Source: Eledone cirrhosa
Lineage: Eukaryota
Assembly (NCBI GenBank): GCA_964016885.1
Contig: OZ024763.1
Location: forward strand, 15,128,001 to 15,192,000
Length of the DNA stretch: 64,000 nt
Direction of reading: 5' to 3'
Below the pieces are notes generated by a model that was not told the origin of the DNA, did not search any database, and worked only from the letters and a program-made list of their open reading frames with translations. The position numbers and the translations under genes are program-made. The stretch's first letter is position 1, and each line of letters begins with the position of its first letter. This document shows, one piece after another, positions 1 through 13,119 of this stretch.

Positions 1-67
<67 letters not shown>

Positions 68-563
68 CAAAAAAAAAGTTGTATGTATATCATCATCATC
101 ATTAGCGCCGTGTTATGCCCATTCTTCTACACTAGCATGGGTTAGACGGGTTGTCCTGTTGAGAGCAATGCCAGGTCAGGTTACCATATCTTGCTCGTGT
201 TTTTGACTTGATTTCTAAAGCTGGATGCACTTCCCAACACCATACAAACATACACATAAACATACAGATGTACATATATATATAACAGAACTGTGCAGTT
301 TTGTCAGAGGCATGACAGCCTCTCACATGTTGGTAAGGTACGCAATAAACACACCCAGTACACTCTGCAAAATGGCTGGCGACAGGACGGGCCACCTGGC
401 AATCAAACAAAAGGTTGGGAGGAAGGACTCTTCAGCTGCCCTATCGGACAAGACAGACTCACTCACCACATAGATTTAACATGCTGCTGGCATGGGTGAC
501 ATAAGTTGTCCTGTTGTGAGACGAGTTAGATCACGTGACTTGGGCTTGATCATACATATACGC

Positions 564-628
<65 letters not shown>

Positions 629-736
629 CGTGCGTGTGTGTGTGTGCGCGGGTGTGCGTGTGTGTATAACTTTGAGAGTTTTCGACCAGGCCGTGTCTAA
701 CTTAATAGCACCACCTGGCATATATATATATATGTA

Positions 737-790
<54 letters not shown>

Positions 791-839
791 CATACATGCG
801 AATATATATATATATAAATATATATATATACATACATAC

Positions 840-884
<45 letters not shown>

Positions 885-889
885 CATAC

Positions 890-946
<57 letters not shown>

Positions 947-984
947 CATACGAATATATATATATAAATATATATATATAAATA

Positions 985-1339
985 CATGGAAAGTTATATT
1001 TAAATTGTTGGGTTACAACGAGTAAATATTTATAACTGATATAAAAGCACTCAACAATTATTTGGAGTATATTTACGATATTAAATAAATGGAAATTATA
1101 TTTATAAAACCATATCTATTTCATTATATATATTTCAGGGATATCATATTAAAAATAGGTTATGCCTTCTTCAGACAAAATACAATATAAACAGTCTTAT
1201 AAATCTATCTATTTATAAAACTGTTTATATTGTATTTTGTCTGAAGAAGGCATAACATTTTTAATATGATATCCCTGAAATATATATAATGAAATAGATA
1301 TGGTTTTATAAATATAATTTCCATTTATTTAATATCGTA
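985..1339 (-). mobile_element. Fold-back hammerhead-bearing element, family A (Penelope-like, non-autonomous)
   Basis: Palindrome about 1074-1339 (loop ctatct near 1205-1210) with a hammerhead motif in each arm, flanked by (TA)n. Homologous to the 20.3, 51.3 and 60.1 kb copies. Confidence 0.7.
1233..1296 (+). ncRNA. Minimal type I hammerhead ribozyme motif (mirror copy 1117-1182 on minus)
   Basis: tattttgt-CTGAAGA-agg...cct-GAAA-tatata-TA-atgaaata. Confidence 0.65.
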
Positions 1340-1468
1340 TATATAAATATATATATATACATATATATATACATACATACGAATATATATATATATATAG
1401 TGTTATACTTGGGGAGGGTCATATTTGTGTAATATTGCAAGAATTAATATATATATACAAATATATAT

Positions 1469-1515
<47 letters not shown>

Positions 1516-1518
1516 AAT

Positions 1519-1567
<49 letters not shown>

Positions 1568-1570
1568 AAT

Positions 1571-1609
<39 letters not shown>

Positions 1610-1612
1610 AAT

Positions 1613-1651
<39 letters not shown>

Positions 1652-1654
1652 AAT

Positions 1655-1691
<37 letters not shown>

Positions 1692-1694
1692 AAT

Positions 1695-1763
<69 letters not shown>

Positions 1764-1934
1764 AATACAAATATATATATATATATATACAAATATATAT
1801 ATATATACAAATATATATATAAATACAAATATATATATATATATATATATACACAAATATATATATATATATATATATATACACAAATATATATATATAT
1901 ATATATATACACACAAATATATATATATATATAC

Positions 1935-1981
<47 letters not shown>

Positions 1982-2144
1982 TATATATATATATATATAT
2001 ATTTGTATATATATATGTCACTGCCAACTATCAGCTACACACCAGATATGACATATATTTTAGACAGACAAAAAAACTGGAAGATAGGAGATAAAAATAA
2101 CTTTAGCTTTCATGATTACATCTGTTGGTAGGAGTGGGTGTATA

Positions 2145-2209
<65 letters not shown>

Positions 2210-2211
<2 letters not shown>

Positions 2212-2630
2212 CTGTGTGTGTGTGTATATTTATATATATTTGGGTGTGTATACAGAAAGAGTGAGAGAGAGACACATCTATGTATATATATATGTATGCA
2301 AACATAACCGTACATATATGCACATACATATAATCTCACGCACACACCCACACACATATATATTATATATATATATATATACACACATATTCTCACTGAC
2401 ACATATATATATATATCATCATTTTGATGATGATATATATATATATGTGTCAGTGAGAATATGTGTGTATATATATACTATATATGTGTGTGGGTGTGTG
2501 CGTGAGATTATATGTATGTGCATATATGTACGGTTATGTTTGCATACATATATATATACATAGATGTGTGTCTCTCTCTCACTCTTTCTGTATACACACC
2601 CAAATATATATAAATATACACACACACACA
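2210..2630. repeat. Long palindrome (about 210-bp arms) made of low-complexity DNA
   Basis: ttctcactgacac...tcatca ttt tgatga...gtgtcagtgagaa. Distinctive words are mirrored, e.g. aaacataaccgtac/gtacggttatgttt and tgggtgtgtatacagaaagagtgag/ctcactctttctgtatacacaccca. Confidence 0.85.
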
Positions 2631-2655
2631 TATATATATATACACATATACACAA

Positions 2656-2707
<52 letters not shown>

Positions 2708-3331
2708 AACCAACACACACATTCTCACACACACACACACACATGTATATGTATATATATATATATATATATATGTATATTTATACCAACACATACATAT
2801 ATACTCAAACACGCATATATATATATATATATATAATATATAAACCAACACACACACATATATATATATGTATATTTATACCAACACATACATATATACT
2901 CAAACACGCATATATATATATATATATATAATATATAAACCAACACACACACATATATATATATGTATATTTATACCAACACATACATATATACTCAAAC
3001 ACGCATATATATATATATATATAATATATAAACCAACACACACACATATATATATATATGTGTATATTTATACCAACACATACATATATACTCACACGCG
3101 CATCGAATTTCATGAGTTTGGTTAAGTAGGGAATCGTTTAACCCTTTCATTACCATATTTATAATAAAAGACACTCTTCTGTGAGCTGAAGCTGACAGGC
3201 TGTGGTCAGACTGGCCCATCACCACTAGCTGTCAAATAATTTTGAAAATAATCTAGGATTTTGGAGGGATTTGCATTTGCAATTATCATTAATGTATGTA
3301 TATATATATATATATATAGTAATTTGTGTCA

Positions 3332-3936
3332 GGTCACCAGTTGGTGCTACTGGTAACATGTATCCCAGTACAACCTGTCTCATGGTCGGGTCGTTGGCGA
3401 CTAAACTGGCAACCCCACCAAGGTTTCTTCGTGAGGAGGGTGACTTTGGACATCCTGCAGGACTAAAAACAAAACCTGTCAAAGGGCAAAGGAGCTCTTA
3501 AGAGTCAATGGCCTTCCAAAATCACCGGGAGAGATGACCCCTTAGCCTTTGTCAAGGCAGAATTCTAGGAGAAGGAAAACTCTGATATAACACCTGCAAC
3601 CCTGATGGTATCCAATGATGTTGACTTGTTCTTCTTTTTGGTAAATATCATCTTGGTTAAGAGAGTGGGACTGGCTTTGTGCAGTGCCTTTGCTCACTAT
3701 AAAAGCTTCACGGCACAGGCATTGCTTTATATCTGGAGATCTCTCTGCACTTGTCATCACATGGTACCATGGGCCCAGCACTGTGTGTCAATAATTGTCA
3801 CAGGTGTAGTGTTTGTACCAGAGTTTTCAAGTCGCTGGCTGGACTCAAAAGTCACACTCGTTCAGCGCATCGGTAGGGGTTCTCCTACATGGATATAAAG
3901 TAGTGGCCGTACTCGAAAACGAGTTGGCAGCCACCA
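3332..3936 (+). mobile_element. Probable non-autonomous RTE-derived element (5' UTR-like region plus short tail)
   Basis: Contains ctaggagaaggaaaactctga, which resembles RTE 5' UTRs as I recall them, an HDV-ribozyme-like 5' segment and a (TAA)n-like tail. No credible ORF. Confidence 0.4.
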
Positions 3937-3967
3937 TATATAGTAATAATAATACTAATAATAATAT

Positions 3968-4020
3968 GAGTTTCAGAAGATCCTGTTAAGGGTGAAAGCA
4001 GCAATTCTTTGCTTAAACTT
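3968..4020 (+). ncRNA. Degenerate hammerhead motif
   Basis: gagttt-CAGAAGA (U4>A)-tcctgttaagggt-GAAA-gca..tgc-TT-aaactt. Confidence 0.45.
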
Positions 4021-4132
4021 TAATCTGTTATTTTAATAAATAAATCAATTGACTTATGTTTCATCACTATATATATATATATATATAGTTATGAAACATA
4101 AGTCAATTGCATGAACTCATAATCCTTTATTT

Positions 4133-4188
4133 ACTGCTATATATATTTTGATGATAGCCATTGAATGGCTATGACCTCATCAGGCAGT
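4133..4188 (-). ncRNA. Hammerhead motif, family B (G12>A, probably inactive)
   Basis: actgc-CTGATGA-ggtc atagcca ttcaa tggctat catc-AAAA-tatata-TA-gcagt. Confidence 0.65.
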
Positions 4189-4266
4189 TAGTCAGTTCTT
4201 AGATATGCCAGCTCTGTGTTTATGGTGTTGATGGTATCAGAGCCTTGGGACATATATATATATACA

Positions 4267-4445
4267 AATAATTGTTTCTACTTTTGGCACAGGGCCAGCA
4301 ATTATCCCAGTACATTACTGGTACTTCATTTTATCGACCCCGTAAGGATGAAAGGCAAAGTTAACCTCGGCGGGATTTGAACTTAGACCGTAAAGGGACG
4401 TAACTTTATGCTTCAAAGCATGGTGTCCGACTCTCTACCGATACT
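4267..4445 (-). mobile_element. SINE family 2 (core ctttgcctttcatccttacggggtcgataaaatraagtaccag)
   Basis: Reverse complement of the copies at 45.5-45.9 kb and 56.4 kb. Other fragments near 18602-18675, 23485-23590, 47260-47630, 48278-48375 and 60291-60392. Confidence 0.8.
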
Positions 4446-4492
4446 AGAGTATCGATAATAATGATTTGGGACGTGAGTCTATATGGGAGAAC

Positions 4493-4582
4493 ACATATCT
4501 GAGGAGCTTCCGATTCTAGATCAGGAACACATATAATCGATCGTTCCTCGAGCTGATCAGCAATGAAACACATGTAATATGT
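4493..4582 (+). ncRNA. Type I hammerhead motif with extended stem II
   Basis: acatat-CTGAGGA-gct..gatcag gaac..gttc..ctgatc agc aat-GAAA-cacatg-TA-atatgt, followed by a short AT-rich tail and (TA)n. Confidence 0.6.
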
Positions 4583-4933
4583 AATTAAATATGTATACTG
4601 ATTCTTTGTTCCCTAATTATTATATATACACATATAAATATACACACATGTATGTATATGTATGGTTGGTGATGGGAAGGGCATCCAGCCATTGAAACAC
4701 ACCAAAGAGAGGGCGAAGAGGACTTTTCAATTGTGTCAAGGGCACAACAACTTCTTTATTGTAATTGACATGATAGAAAACACCCAGTACACTCTGTAAA
4801 GTGGCCAATGATAGGAGGGGCCTCCAGACATAGAAAGCTTGCCAAACAGATGGCTGAGTGGGTTCTTTAGCTGTGTCAGAGATATAACAACCTCGTTAGA
4901 ATTGGGGCCATGATAAAATGTACTTTGGGCATT

Positions 4934-4995
<62 letters not shown>

Positions 4996-5001
4996 TGAGA
5001 A

Positions 5002-5072
<71 letters not shown>

Positions 5073-5073
5073 A

Positions 5074-5128
<55 letters not shown>

Positions 5129-5384
5129 AAGAGAGAAAGAGAGAAAGAGAGAGAGAGAAAGAGAGAGAAAGAAAGAGAGAGAGAGACTGTGTGTGTGGCG
5201 GAGGGGGGAACATATCTATGCTAGATATGTTCCCCCTCATCCAATCCCCCCACCCTAGCTGCAAGGTCAGTAGTTCCAGTTAAGTACCCACTTGGTCTGA
5301 GATGACCTGTCTAACCCTTACGAGCAGGGAGAGCTGCGGGGGGGGGGGGGGGATTATATGATGATGATTTATATATATATATAT

Positions 5385-5846
5385 GGAGGCACATGGCTGA
5401 GTGGTTAGAGCATTGGCCTTGCAATCGAAAGGTTGTGAGTTCAATTCTCAGACCGGGTGATGTGTTGTTTCCTTGAGCAAGACACTTTATTTCACATTGC
5501 TCCAGTTTACTCAGCTGTAGAAATGAGATGATAGGGACTGGGGTCCCTATCATTCCACTGCAAAGTGGTCGTGGAGGTGCCACGGCAAAAAAGCACCCAG
5601 CACTCACTGTAAATGAGGTTGGTGTTAGGAAGGGCATCCAGCTGTAGAAATGAGATGATAGGGACTGGGGTCCCTATCATTCCACTGCAAAGTGGTCGTG
5701 CAGGTGCCACGACAAAAAAGCACCCAGTACTCACTGTAAATGAGGTTGGTGTTAGGAAGGGCATCCAGCTGTAGAAATCAAGCCAGAGTCAGTTCCTGTC
5801 CCACCCTTGCAAGCAGGGAAAAAGCGGACGTAAAATGAAATGATGA

Positions 5847-5850
<4 letters not shown>
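5385..5850 (+). mobile_element. tRNA-derived SINE family 1 with an internal 127-bp tandem duplication
   Basis: A box tggctgagtgg, B box gttcaattc, (GAT)n tail. The segment starting agctgtagaaatgagatg occurs at 5513 and 5640. Confidence 0.85.
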
Positions 5851-5885
<35 letters not shown>

Positions 5886-6139
5886 TGCATGTACATTTAT
5901 GTATGTGTATATATGTATATAATATATACATATACACATGTATATATACATATATATATATATATAATATATACATATACACATGTGTATATATACATAT
6001 ATATATAATATATCATCATCATCTCATCATCATCATCTTCATCTAACGTCCATTTTCCATGCTAGCATGGGTTAGACGAGAGTTGTCCCACTTGAGGCAA
6101 GGCTGGTCGGGTGACCGTGTCTCGCTCGTGTATATATAT

Positions 6140-6350
6140 ATAGGAACGAGTAGGACCCCGACGGCTGAGCTCAAGCCGTTTCGACGGCTAATTCTGGACT
6201 AAAATTTTAGTCCAGAATTAGCCGTCGAAATGGCTTGAGCTCAGCCGTCGGGGTCCTACTCGTTCCTATTACCCACTCTACTACCCTAAGTATTGAGTAC
6301 TTTGGTGCGTTATGGTCCATCTGGTTCCTTACCACATTTCCTTCGTTATA
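6140..6350 (+). mobile_element. Fold-back element family C (palindrome 6140-6269 plus tail) with the 3' half of a hammerhead
   Basis: 65-bp arms, axis aaaa|tttt at 6204/6205, one mismatch. GAAA-(c/t)ggct tgagctc agccg-TC-ggggt. (TA)n on both sides. Confidence 0.7.
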
Positions 6351-6629
6351 TATAAATATATATATATGTATGGACATACATACATGTACATACATATGTG
6401 TGTGTGTTTCTGTGAGAGAGAGAGAGAGAGAAGAGAGAGAGAGACAGACAGAGAGAGAGAGAGAAAGAGAGAGAGATAGAGAGAGAAAGAGAGAGAGAAA
6501 GATAGAGAGAAAGAGAGAGAGACAGACAGAGAGAGAGAGAGAGAGAGAGAACCTCAGGCTTCTTAAACAAGTGCTTCCTCTTAAAATGATTATGAAGACA
6601 TCTCTGCAACTAACCTCATTTTTCACCAG

Positions 6630-8866
6630 CACCACACCCCCACAAACACCACCTCCACCACCTTCTCTTGATCTCAACACACCACCACCACCACCCCCTT
6701 CTCTTGATCTCAACACACCACCACCACCACCACCACCACCCCCTTCTCCTGATCTCACCACCACACCTCCACCACTACCTTTTGATCTCACCACCATCAC
6801 CACTTCTGATCTCACCACCACCACCACCACACCACTATCATCATCATCATCGCATCTACACACCACCACCGTCACCTGATCTCACCACCACCACCTCCTC
6901 CACCATTACCTTGTGATCTCACCAGCACCACACCTCTACTACACCACCACCACCACCGCCGCCATCGCCCTCTCCTGATCTCACCATCACCACCACCTCC
7001 ACCACCATTGCCTTCTGATCTCACCACCGCCCCCACCAGCACCACCACCACCTCCACCACCATTGCCTTCTGATCTCACCACCGCCCCCACCACCACCTC
7101 CACCATTACCTTCTGATCTCACCACCGCCCCCACCAGCACCACCACCACCTCCACCATTACCTTCTGATCTCACCACCGCCCCCACCAGCACCACCACCA
7201 CCTCCACCATTACCTTCTGATCTCACCATCACCACACCTCTACACCGCCGCCATCGCCCTCTCCTGATCTCACTAGCCCCACCACCACCTCCACCATTAC
7301 CTTCACCATCTGATCTCACCACCACCACCACTGCCATCACCATCGCTATTTCCTCATAACTTCAACTCCCACGCCCCACCCCACCTTGTCATAACCTCCC
7401 TCGTCCCACCCAAACACCCACCCAACACTCTCTCCCAACCCACACACCCACTTCCTCATCATCTCATACCCTCCTAATTTAACCCTCCCACCACCACCAC
7501 CACCACCACCTCCTAACCTAAGCCCTATCAAGACATTCCCATGACTTCCCACCCCATCTCTGAAGATAACAATACTGGGGATGTTGGTGGTGATGGTGGT
7601 GGTAGTAGTGGCGCTGGTGGTGGTGATGGTGGTGGTTTGGATGATGATGGTGGTGGTGGTTTGGATGATAATGGTGGTGGCGCTGGTGGTGGTGGTGGTG
7701 GTGGTGGTGGTGGTGGTTTGGATGATGATAGTGGTGGCGCTGGTGGTGGTGGTGATGGTGGTGGTGGTGGTTTGGATGATGATGGTGGTGGTGGTGATGG
7801 TGGTTTGGATGATGGTGGTGGTGGTGGTGATGGTGGTTTGGATGATGGTGGTAAATGCAGTGGTGGCTATGGTTATGGTAATAGTGGTGGATAATGGTTG
7901 GATGATGGTTGCAATGATTATGATGGTGATGATAGTGGTGATGGTGATAGTGGTAATAGTGATGGTGGTGATGGTGGTGATGGTGATAGTGGTGATGGTG
8001 GTGATGGTGGTGATGGTGGTGATGGTGGTGGTAGTAGTGATGGTGATAGTGGTAATAGTGATGGTGGTGATGGTGATGGTGGTGATGGTGGTGGTAGTAG
8101 TGATGGTGGTAATAGTGATGGTGGTGGTGGTGATAGTGGTAATAGTGATGGTGGTGATGGTGATAGTGATGATAGTGGTGATGGTGGTGGTAGTAGTGAT
8201 GGTGGTGATGGTGGTAATGGTGATGTGATGGTGGTAGTGGTAATAGTGATGGTGGTAATAGTGATGGTGGTGATGGTGATAGTGGTGATTGTGGTGATGG
8301 TAATAGTGATGGTGGTGGTGGTGATGGTGATGGTGATGATGGTGATAGTGGTAATAGTGATGGTGGTGGTGGTGGTAGTGGTAATAGTGATGGTGGTGAT
8401 GGTAATAGTGATGGTGGTGGTGGTGATGGTGATGGTGATGATGGTGATAGTGGTAATAGTGATGGTGGTGGTGGTAGTGGTAATAGTGATGGTGGTGATG
8501 GTGATGGTGATGATGGTGATAGTGGTAATAGTGATGGTGGTGGTGATGGTGGTGATGGTGATGATGGTGATAGTGGTAATAGTGATGGTGGTGGTGGTAG
8601 TGGTAATAGTGATGGTGGTGATGGTGATGGTGGTGATGGTGGTGGTAGTAGTGGTGGTGATAGTGGTAATAGTGGTGGTGGTAATGGTGATAGTGGTAAT
8701 AGTGGTGGTGGTGATGGTGATAGTGGTAATAGTGGTGGTGGTGGTGGTAATAGTGATGATGGTGGTGATGGTAATAGTGATGATGGTGGTGATGGTAATA
8801 GTGATGATGGTAATAGTGATGGTGGTGATAGTATTGTTGGTGTTGTTGGTGATGATGATGATGATG
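6630..8866. repeat. ACC-rich minisatellite (tgatctcaccacc units) followed by a GGT/GAT trinucleotide tract
   Basis: Direct inspection. Source of the poly-V/T/H/G/P ORFs. Confidence 0.9.
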
Positions 8867-9444
8867 TCAACATAGATTACATATATGCAGTATAAACTTA
8901 TAACATATTTCACAGCAATTAAGGTTAACGATATAAATCGTTAAGAAAAAAAAATCATTAACACTTGAATATTTTATAAATAGTAAAATATTTAATTGCC
9001 TAAAATCATTTGAACTAATTAACAGTGGGAAGTCTTAAAGTTTACCTAATTAAAAGATTAATTAAGCTAAACTGTACCATTTGTGACTTAACTTTATTTT
9101 AATCCCAGGTATTTTAACAATAAGTATTAATCGCTCGTTAAAGGTAAACTCTATCTAATTAAATTTAATCTTTCATAAATGGAAGAATTCCTGATGGCCA
9201 TTGTTGTGGGAATATGGTGGGGGTGGGGCTAGGGTGGGGATGGGGGGTAGTCGGAGGTGTGGGAGGTATGTGTGGGAGTGGGGGGGGGGGGGTATGCGCG
9301 GGAGTGGGGTGGCTGGGGTGGGGTGGATGGGAGTGGGGTAAGAGTGGTGTATGAGTGGGGGTGGGAATGGATGTGGGGTGAGAGTGGAGGTGAACTTGTT
9401 TCCTTTTTATAAGGTCACCATTGTAGAACCACCACCACCACCAC

Positions 9445-9521
9445 TTGTTATACTTGGGGAGGGTCATATTGTTATCATATTGCCAATATTATAACAATAT
9501 GACACTCCCCAAGTATAACAA
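9445..9521. repeat. Short fold-back of family D terminus
   Basis: ttgttatacttggggagggtcatattgttat...ataacaatatgacactccccaagtataacaa. The same word occurs at 1402-1425 and 21156-21180. Confidence 0.75.
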
Positions 9522-9820
9522 TATAAATATATATATATATACACACATACTAGGACTGGGACCTATATCCCTTAAAACCAAGAAACCTGCTCAGGCCAAG
9601 CATGAGCCATAACAATAACAGCAACAACAACAACAGCAATTATAACAATGTGTAAATACAATCTTAGCTCAACACAAACTGGGTCACCTTTGTATTGTTG
9701 TAAAACAATATTTTTAGAAATACTTGTGTGAAATCATACATGGCGTTTTTTGTGAACAAAGCTTTTGAAAGCTTGACATATATCTGTTGTATCTCTTTTA
9801 CTCACTTTTACTCTTTTTGT

Positions 9821-11020
9821 GAAGGCACGTGGCCTAGTGGTTAGGATGTTGGACTAATGAACTTGATTCCTGACCCAAGCAAGGTGTTGCGTTTTTGAGG
9901 AAGATAGGTTATTCCACTTTGTTCCTTCTGTCAATGTTGTGATGAAAAGATAGTATCAACAATGGAAAGAGTAATGGAAATATAGTTTCCTTGGTCTGAT
10001 CTGATGATCAACTCCTTTCTTCTGCCAGGAGTTGTGACCAACAGATAGTATCAACAATGGAAAGACCAATGAAAACATTGTTTCCTTGACCTGATCTGAT
10101 GGTCAGTTCCTTTCTTCTGCCAGGCGTTGTGTCCAACAGACAGTATCAACAATGGAAATACTAATAGAAACATTGTTTCCTTGGTCTGATCTGATGATCA
10201 GCTCCTTTCTTCTGCCAGGAGTTGTGTCCAACAGACAGTATCAAGAATGGAAATACTAATAGAAACATTGTTTCCTTGGTCTGATCTGATGATCAGCTCC
10301 TTTCTTCTGCCAGGAGTTGTGTCCAACAGACAGTATCAACAATGGAAATACTAATAGAAACATTGTTTCCTTGGTCTGATCTGATGATCAGCTCTTTTCT
10401 TCTGCCAGGAGTTGTGTCCAACAGACAGTATCAGCAATGGAAATACTAATAGAAACATTGTTTCCTTGGTTTGATCTGATGATCAGCTCCTTTCTTCTGC
10501 CAGGAGTTGTGTCCAACAGACAGTATCAACAATGGAAATACTAATAGAAACATTGTTTCCTTGGTCTGATCTGATGATCAGCTCTTTTCTTCTGCCAGGA
10601 GTTGTGTCCAACAGACAGTATCAACAATGGAAATACTAATAGAAACATTGTTTCCTTGGTCTGATCTGATGATCAGCTCTTTTCTTCTGCCAGGAGTTGT
10701 GTCCAACAGACAGTATCAACAATGGAAATACTAATAGAAACATTGTTTCCTTGGTCTGATCTGATGATCAGCTCTTTTCTTCTGCCAGGAGTTGTGTCCA
10801 ACAGACAGTATCAGCAATGGAAATACTAATAGAAACATTGTTTCCTTGGTTTGATCTGATGATCAGCTCCTTTCTTCTGCCAGGAGTTGTGTCCAACAGA
10901 CAGTATCAACAATGGAAATACTAATAGAAACATTGTTTCCTTGGTCTGATCTGATGATCAGCTCCTATCTTCTGCCAGGAGTTGTGTCCAACAGATAGTA
11001 TGTAACAGCAATGGAAATAA
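9821..11020 (+). repeat. Degenerate SINE head followed by about 11 tandem 95-bp units derived from its body
   Basis: acagacagtatca recurs at 10231, 10326 and 10421. Head gaaggcacgtggcctagtggttagg. A single-unit relative lies at 62920-63118 (-). Confidence 0.85.
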
Positions 11021-11899
11021 CAAAGTCTCCCCACCCAGTTCCTACCAACGTGCGCGCGGGGGGGGGGGTCACCCACACACATCTGTCCCCACCCCATCCC
11101 TCAACATTGTGCCATCCCCACCCCTCTGACGTAAATGACTCCCCCACTCCCACAATCCATGTATTGTGATGGTGTGTACTGACAACACAACTACAATAAC
11201 AGTGACAACAACAATATCACCCTGTTCACATGGTAATTACTGCTACACACACATGACATACAGCAGACCTGGGGTGGGGAGGGGGTGTACCTGGGGTGGG
11301 GTAGAGAGATGGTCGAGGGGGTAACCTGGGGGGTGGCAGAGAGAGAGTAGAAGGAGAGAAGAAAGAGAGGGGGAGAGGGGGAATCTGGGGGTGGCAGGCA
11401 GGGAGAGAGTAGGAGAGAGGAAAGAGAGTGTGGGAGGGGGAATCTGGGGGTGGCAGGGAGAGAGTAGGAGAGAGGAAAGAGAGTAGGAGAGAGGAAAGAG
11501 AGGGGGAGAGGGAGAATCTGGGGGTGGCAGGGAGAGAGTAGGAGAGAGGAAAGAGAGGGGGAGAAACAGACTGGTTGAGAGAAAGAGAGGTAAAAAGAGA
11601 GACAGAGGTAGTAATGGAGAGAGAGATAAAGAGAGAAACACACATATATATATATATATATATATAAAGAGAGAGAGGCGGTGGAGGGAGACAGACAGAG
11701 AGAGAGAGAGAGAAACATATATATATAGAGAGAGAGAAGAGAGAGGAGAGAGAGAGGAGAGAGGAGAGAGAGAGAGAAACATATATATATAAAGAGAGAG
11801 AGGCGGTGGAGGGAGACAGACAGAGAGAGAAACATATATATATAGAGAGAGAGAGAGGGAGAGAGAGAAACATATGTATAGAAAGAGAGAGGGGAAGAA

Positions 11900-11932
<33 letters not shown>

Positions 11933-12401
11933 TAGTTAGAAAGGGAGCATGAGTATATTTCCCCTTAAGCTGACATTTTAAAGTTGTCACACACAACAAT
12001 TGTTAACTAGATTGTGTAAAATATATATGAAAACATTAACACACCCCTCCACCACCACTAACAACAACAACAACAACACTACTGATAATTCTTAGTTGCT
12101 CCCCACCCTCCCCACCGCCATCCCACGTGACACCTCATCTTAACTTTTTCATTTAAATCTTCACTTAATCCCTAAAGTCACATTCCACACAACACCTTAC
12201 ACTCAACCCCACTTTAATCCTAAATCTACCTGTAAACACTATAGGTCTCGTTTAATAAAGATAGGTTTTATTTATATATATCATCATCATCATCGTTTTA
12301 TGTCCGTTCTTCCACGCTAGCATGGGTTAGACGGGTTGTCCTGTTGCGGGCAGTAGCCGGTCGGCTGACCTTGCCTTGCTCATATGGGAACTGATTCTGA
12401 T

Positions 12402-12431
<30 letters not shown>

Positions 12432-12436
<5 letters not shown>

Positions 12437-12660
12437 AAAAAGTATGACCCCGACGGCAGAGCTCAAGGCGTTTTGACGGCTATTTCTGGACTAAATTAGA
12501 ATTTTTAAAAAATTCTAATTTAGTCCAGAAATAGACGTTGAAACGGCTTGAGCTCTGCCGTCGGGGTCATACTTTTTCCTATTTCCCACTCTACTACCCT
12601 AAGTATTGAGTACTCTGGTGCGTTATGGTCCATTTAGTTCCTTACCACAATTCCTTTGTT
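12432..12660 (+). mobile_element. Second family C fold-back element (palindrome 12432-12582)
   Basis: 75-bp arms around 12507, GAAACGGCttgagctctGCCGTCgggg, same tail as the 6.2 kb copy, (TA)n flanks. Confidence 0.7.
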
Positions 12661-12694
12661 ATATATATATATATATATATATATGTGTATGTCA

Positions 12695-13085
12695 TCATCA
12701 TCATCATCATCAACGTTTAACGTTCGTGTTCCACGCTCGCATGGGTTTGGACGGGGGTAGTCCCACTTGAGGCAAGAGTGATTGTCTTGCTCGCATAGGA
12801 CTGTCTGGCAGGTTTTCTACAGTTGGATGTCCTTCCTAACACCAACCACATTTACAGTGTGGGTCTGGGAGGTTTTTACCGTGTTGCCTACACGGCCACA
12901 TTACAGCGTGGACTGTGTGTTTTTTTGTCGTGACACCTACACGATCTCATTTGTTTCGGCCTGGATGGCGCGGCACCAACATAACTTTACATAGAACGGG
13001 GTGGTGTGGATGGGGTGGGGGTGGTGGTGGTGGGACGGGGTGTATTTTGTTAGAGATGCCTACTGGCTGGAGTAGGTTTTACTAT
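12695..13085 (-). mobile_element. RTE LINE 3' UTR copy, inverted partner of 13460-13840
   Basis: Near-exact reverse complement of 13460-13840. Confidence 0.8.
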
Positions 13086-13119
13086 ATATATATATGTATA
13101 TATATAAATATATATATGT

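Noticed and set aside
476-3125. Long YI/CV/TH ORFs here and throughout the window
   Set aside because: They are translations of (TA)n, (CA)n and (GA)n microsatellites that lack stops.
5385-5460. tRNA gene
   Set aside because: A and B boxes are present, but the sequence continues into a shared SINE body in several copies and has no proper acceptor stem.
6550-7565. Small minus-strand exon candidates near 6553-6603 and 7519-7560
   Set aside because: Weak donors and no resemblance to the expected downstream myosin-18 sequence.
9947-11020. Satellite-encoded hammerhead, since each unit has CTGATGA and GAAA
   Set aside because: No stem I pairing can be formed around the putative cleavage site, and GAAA does not follow the stem II-like hairpin.
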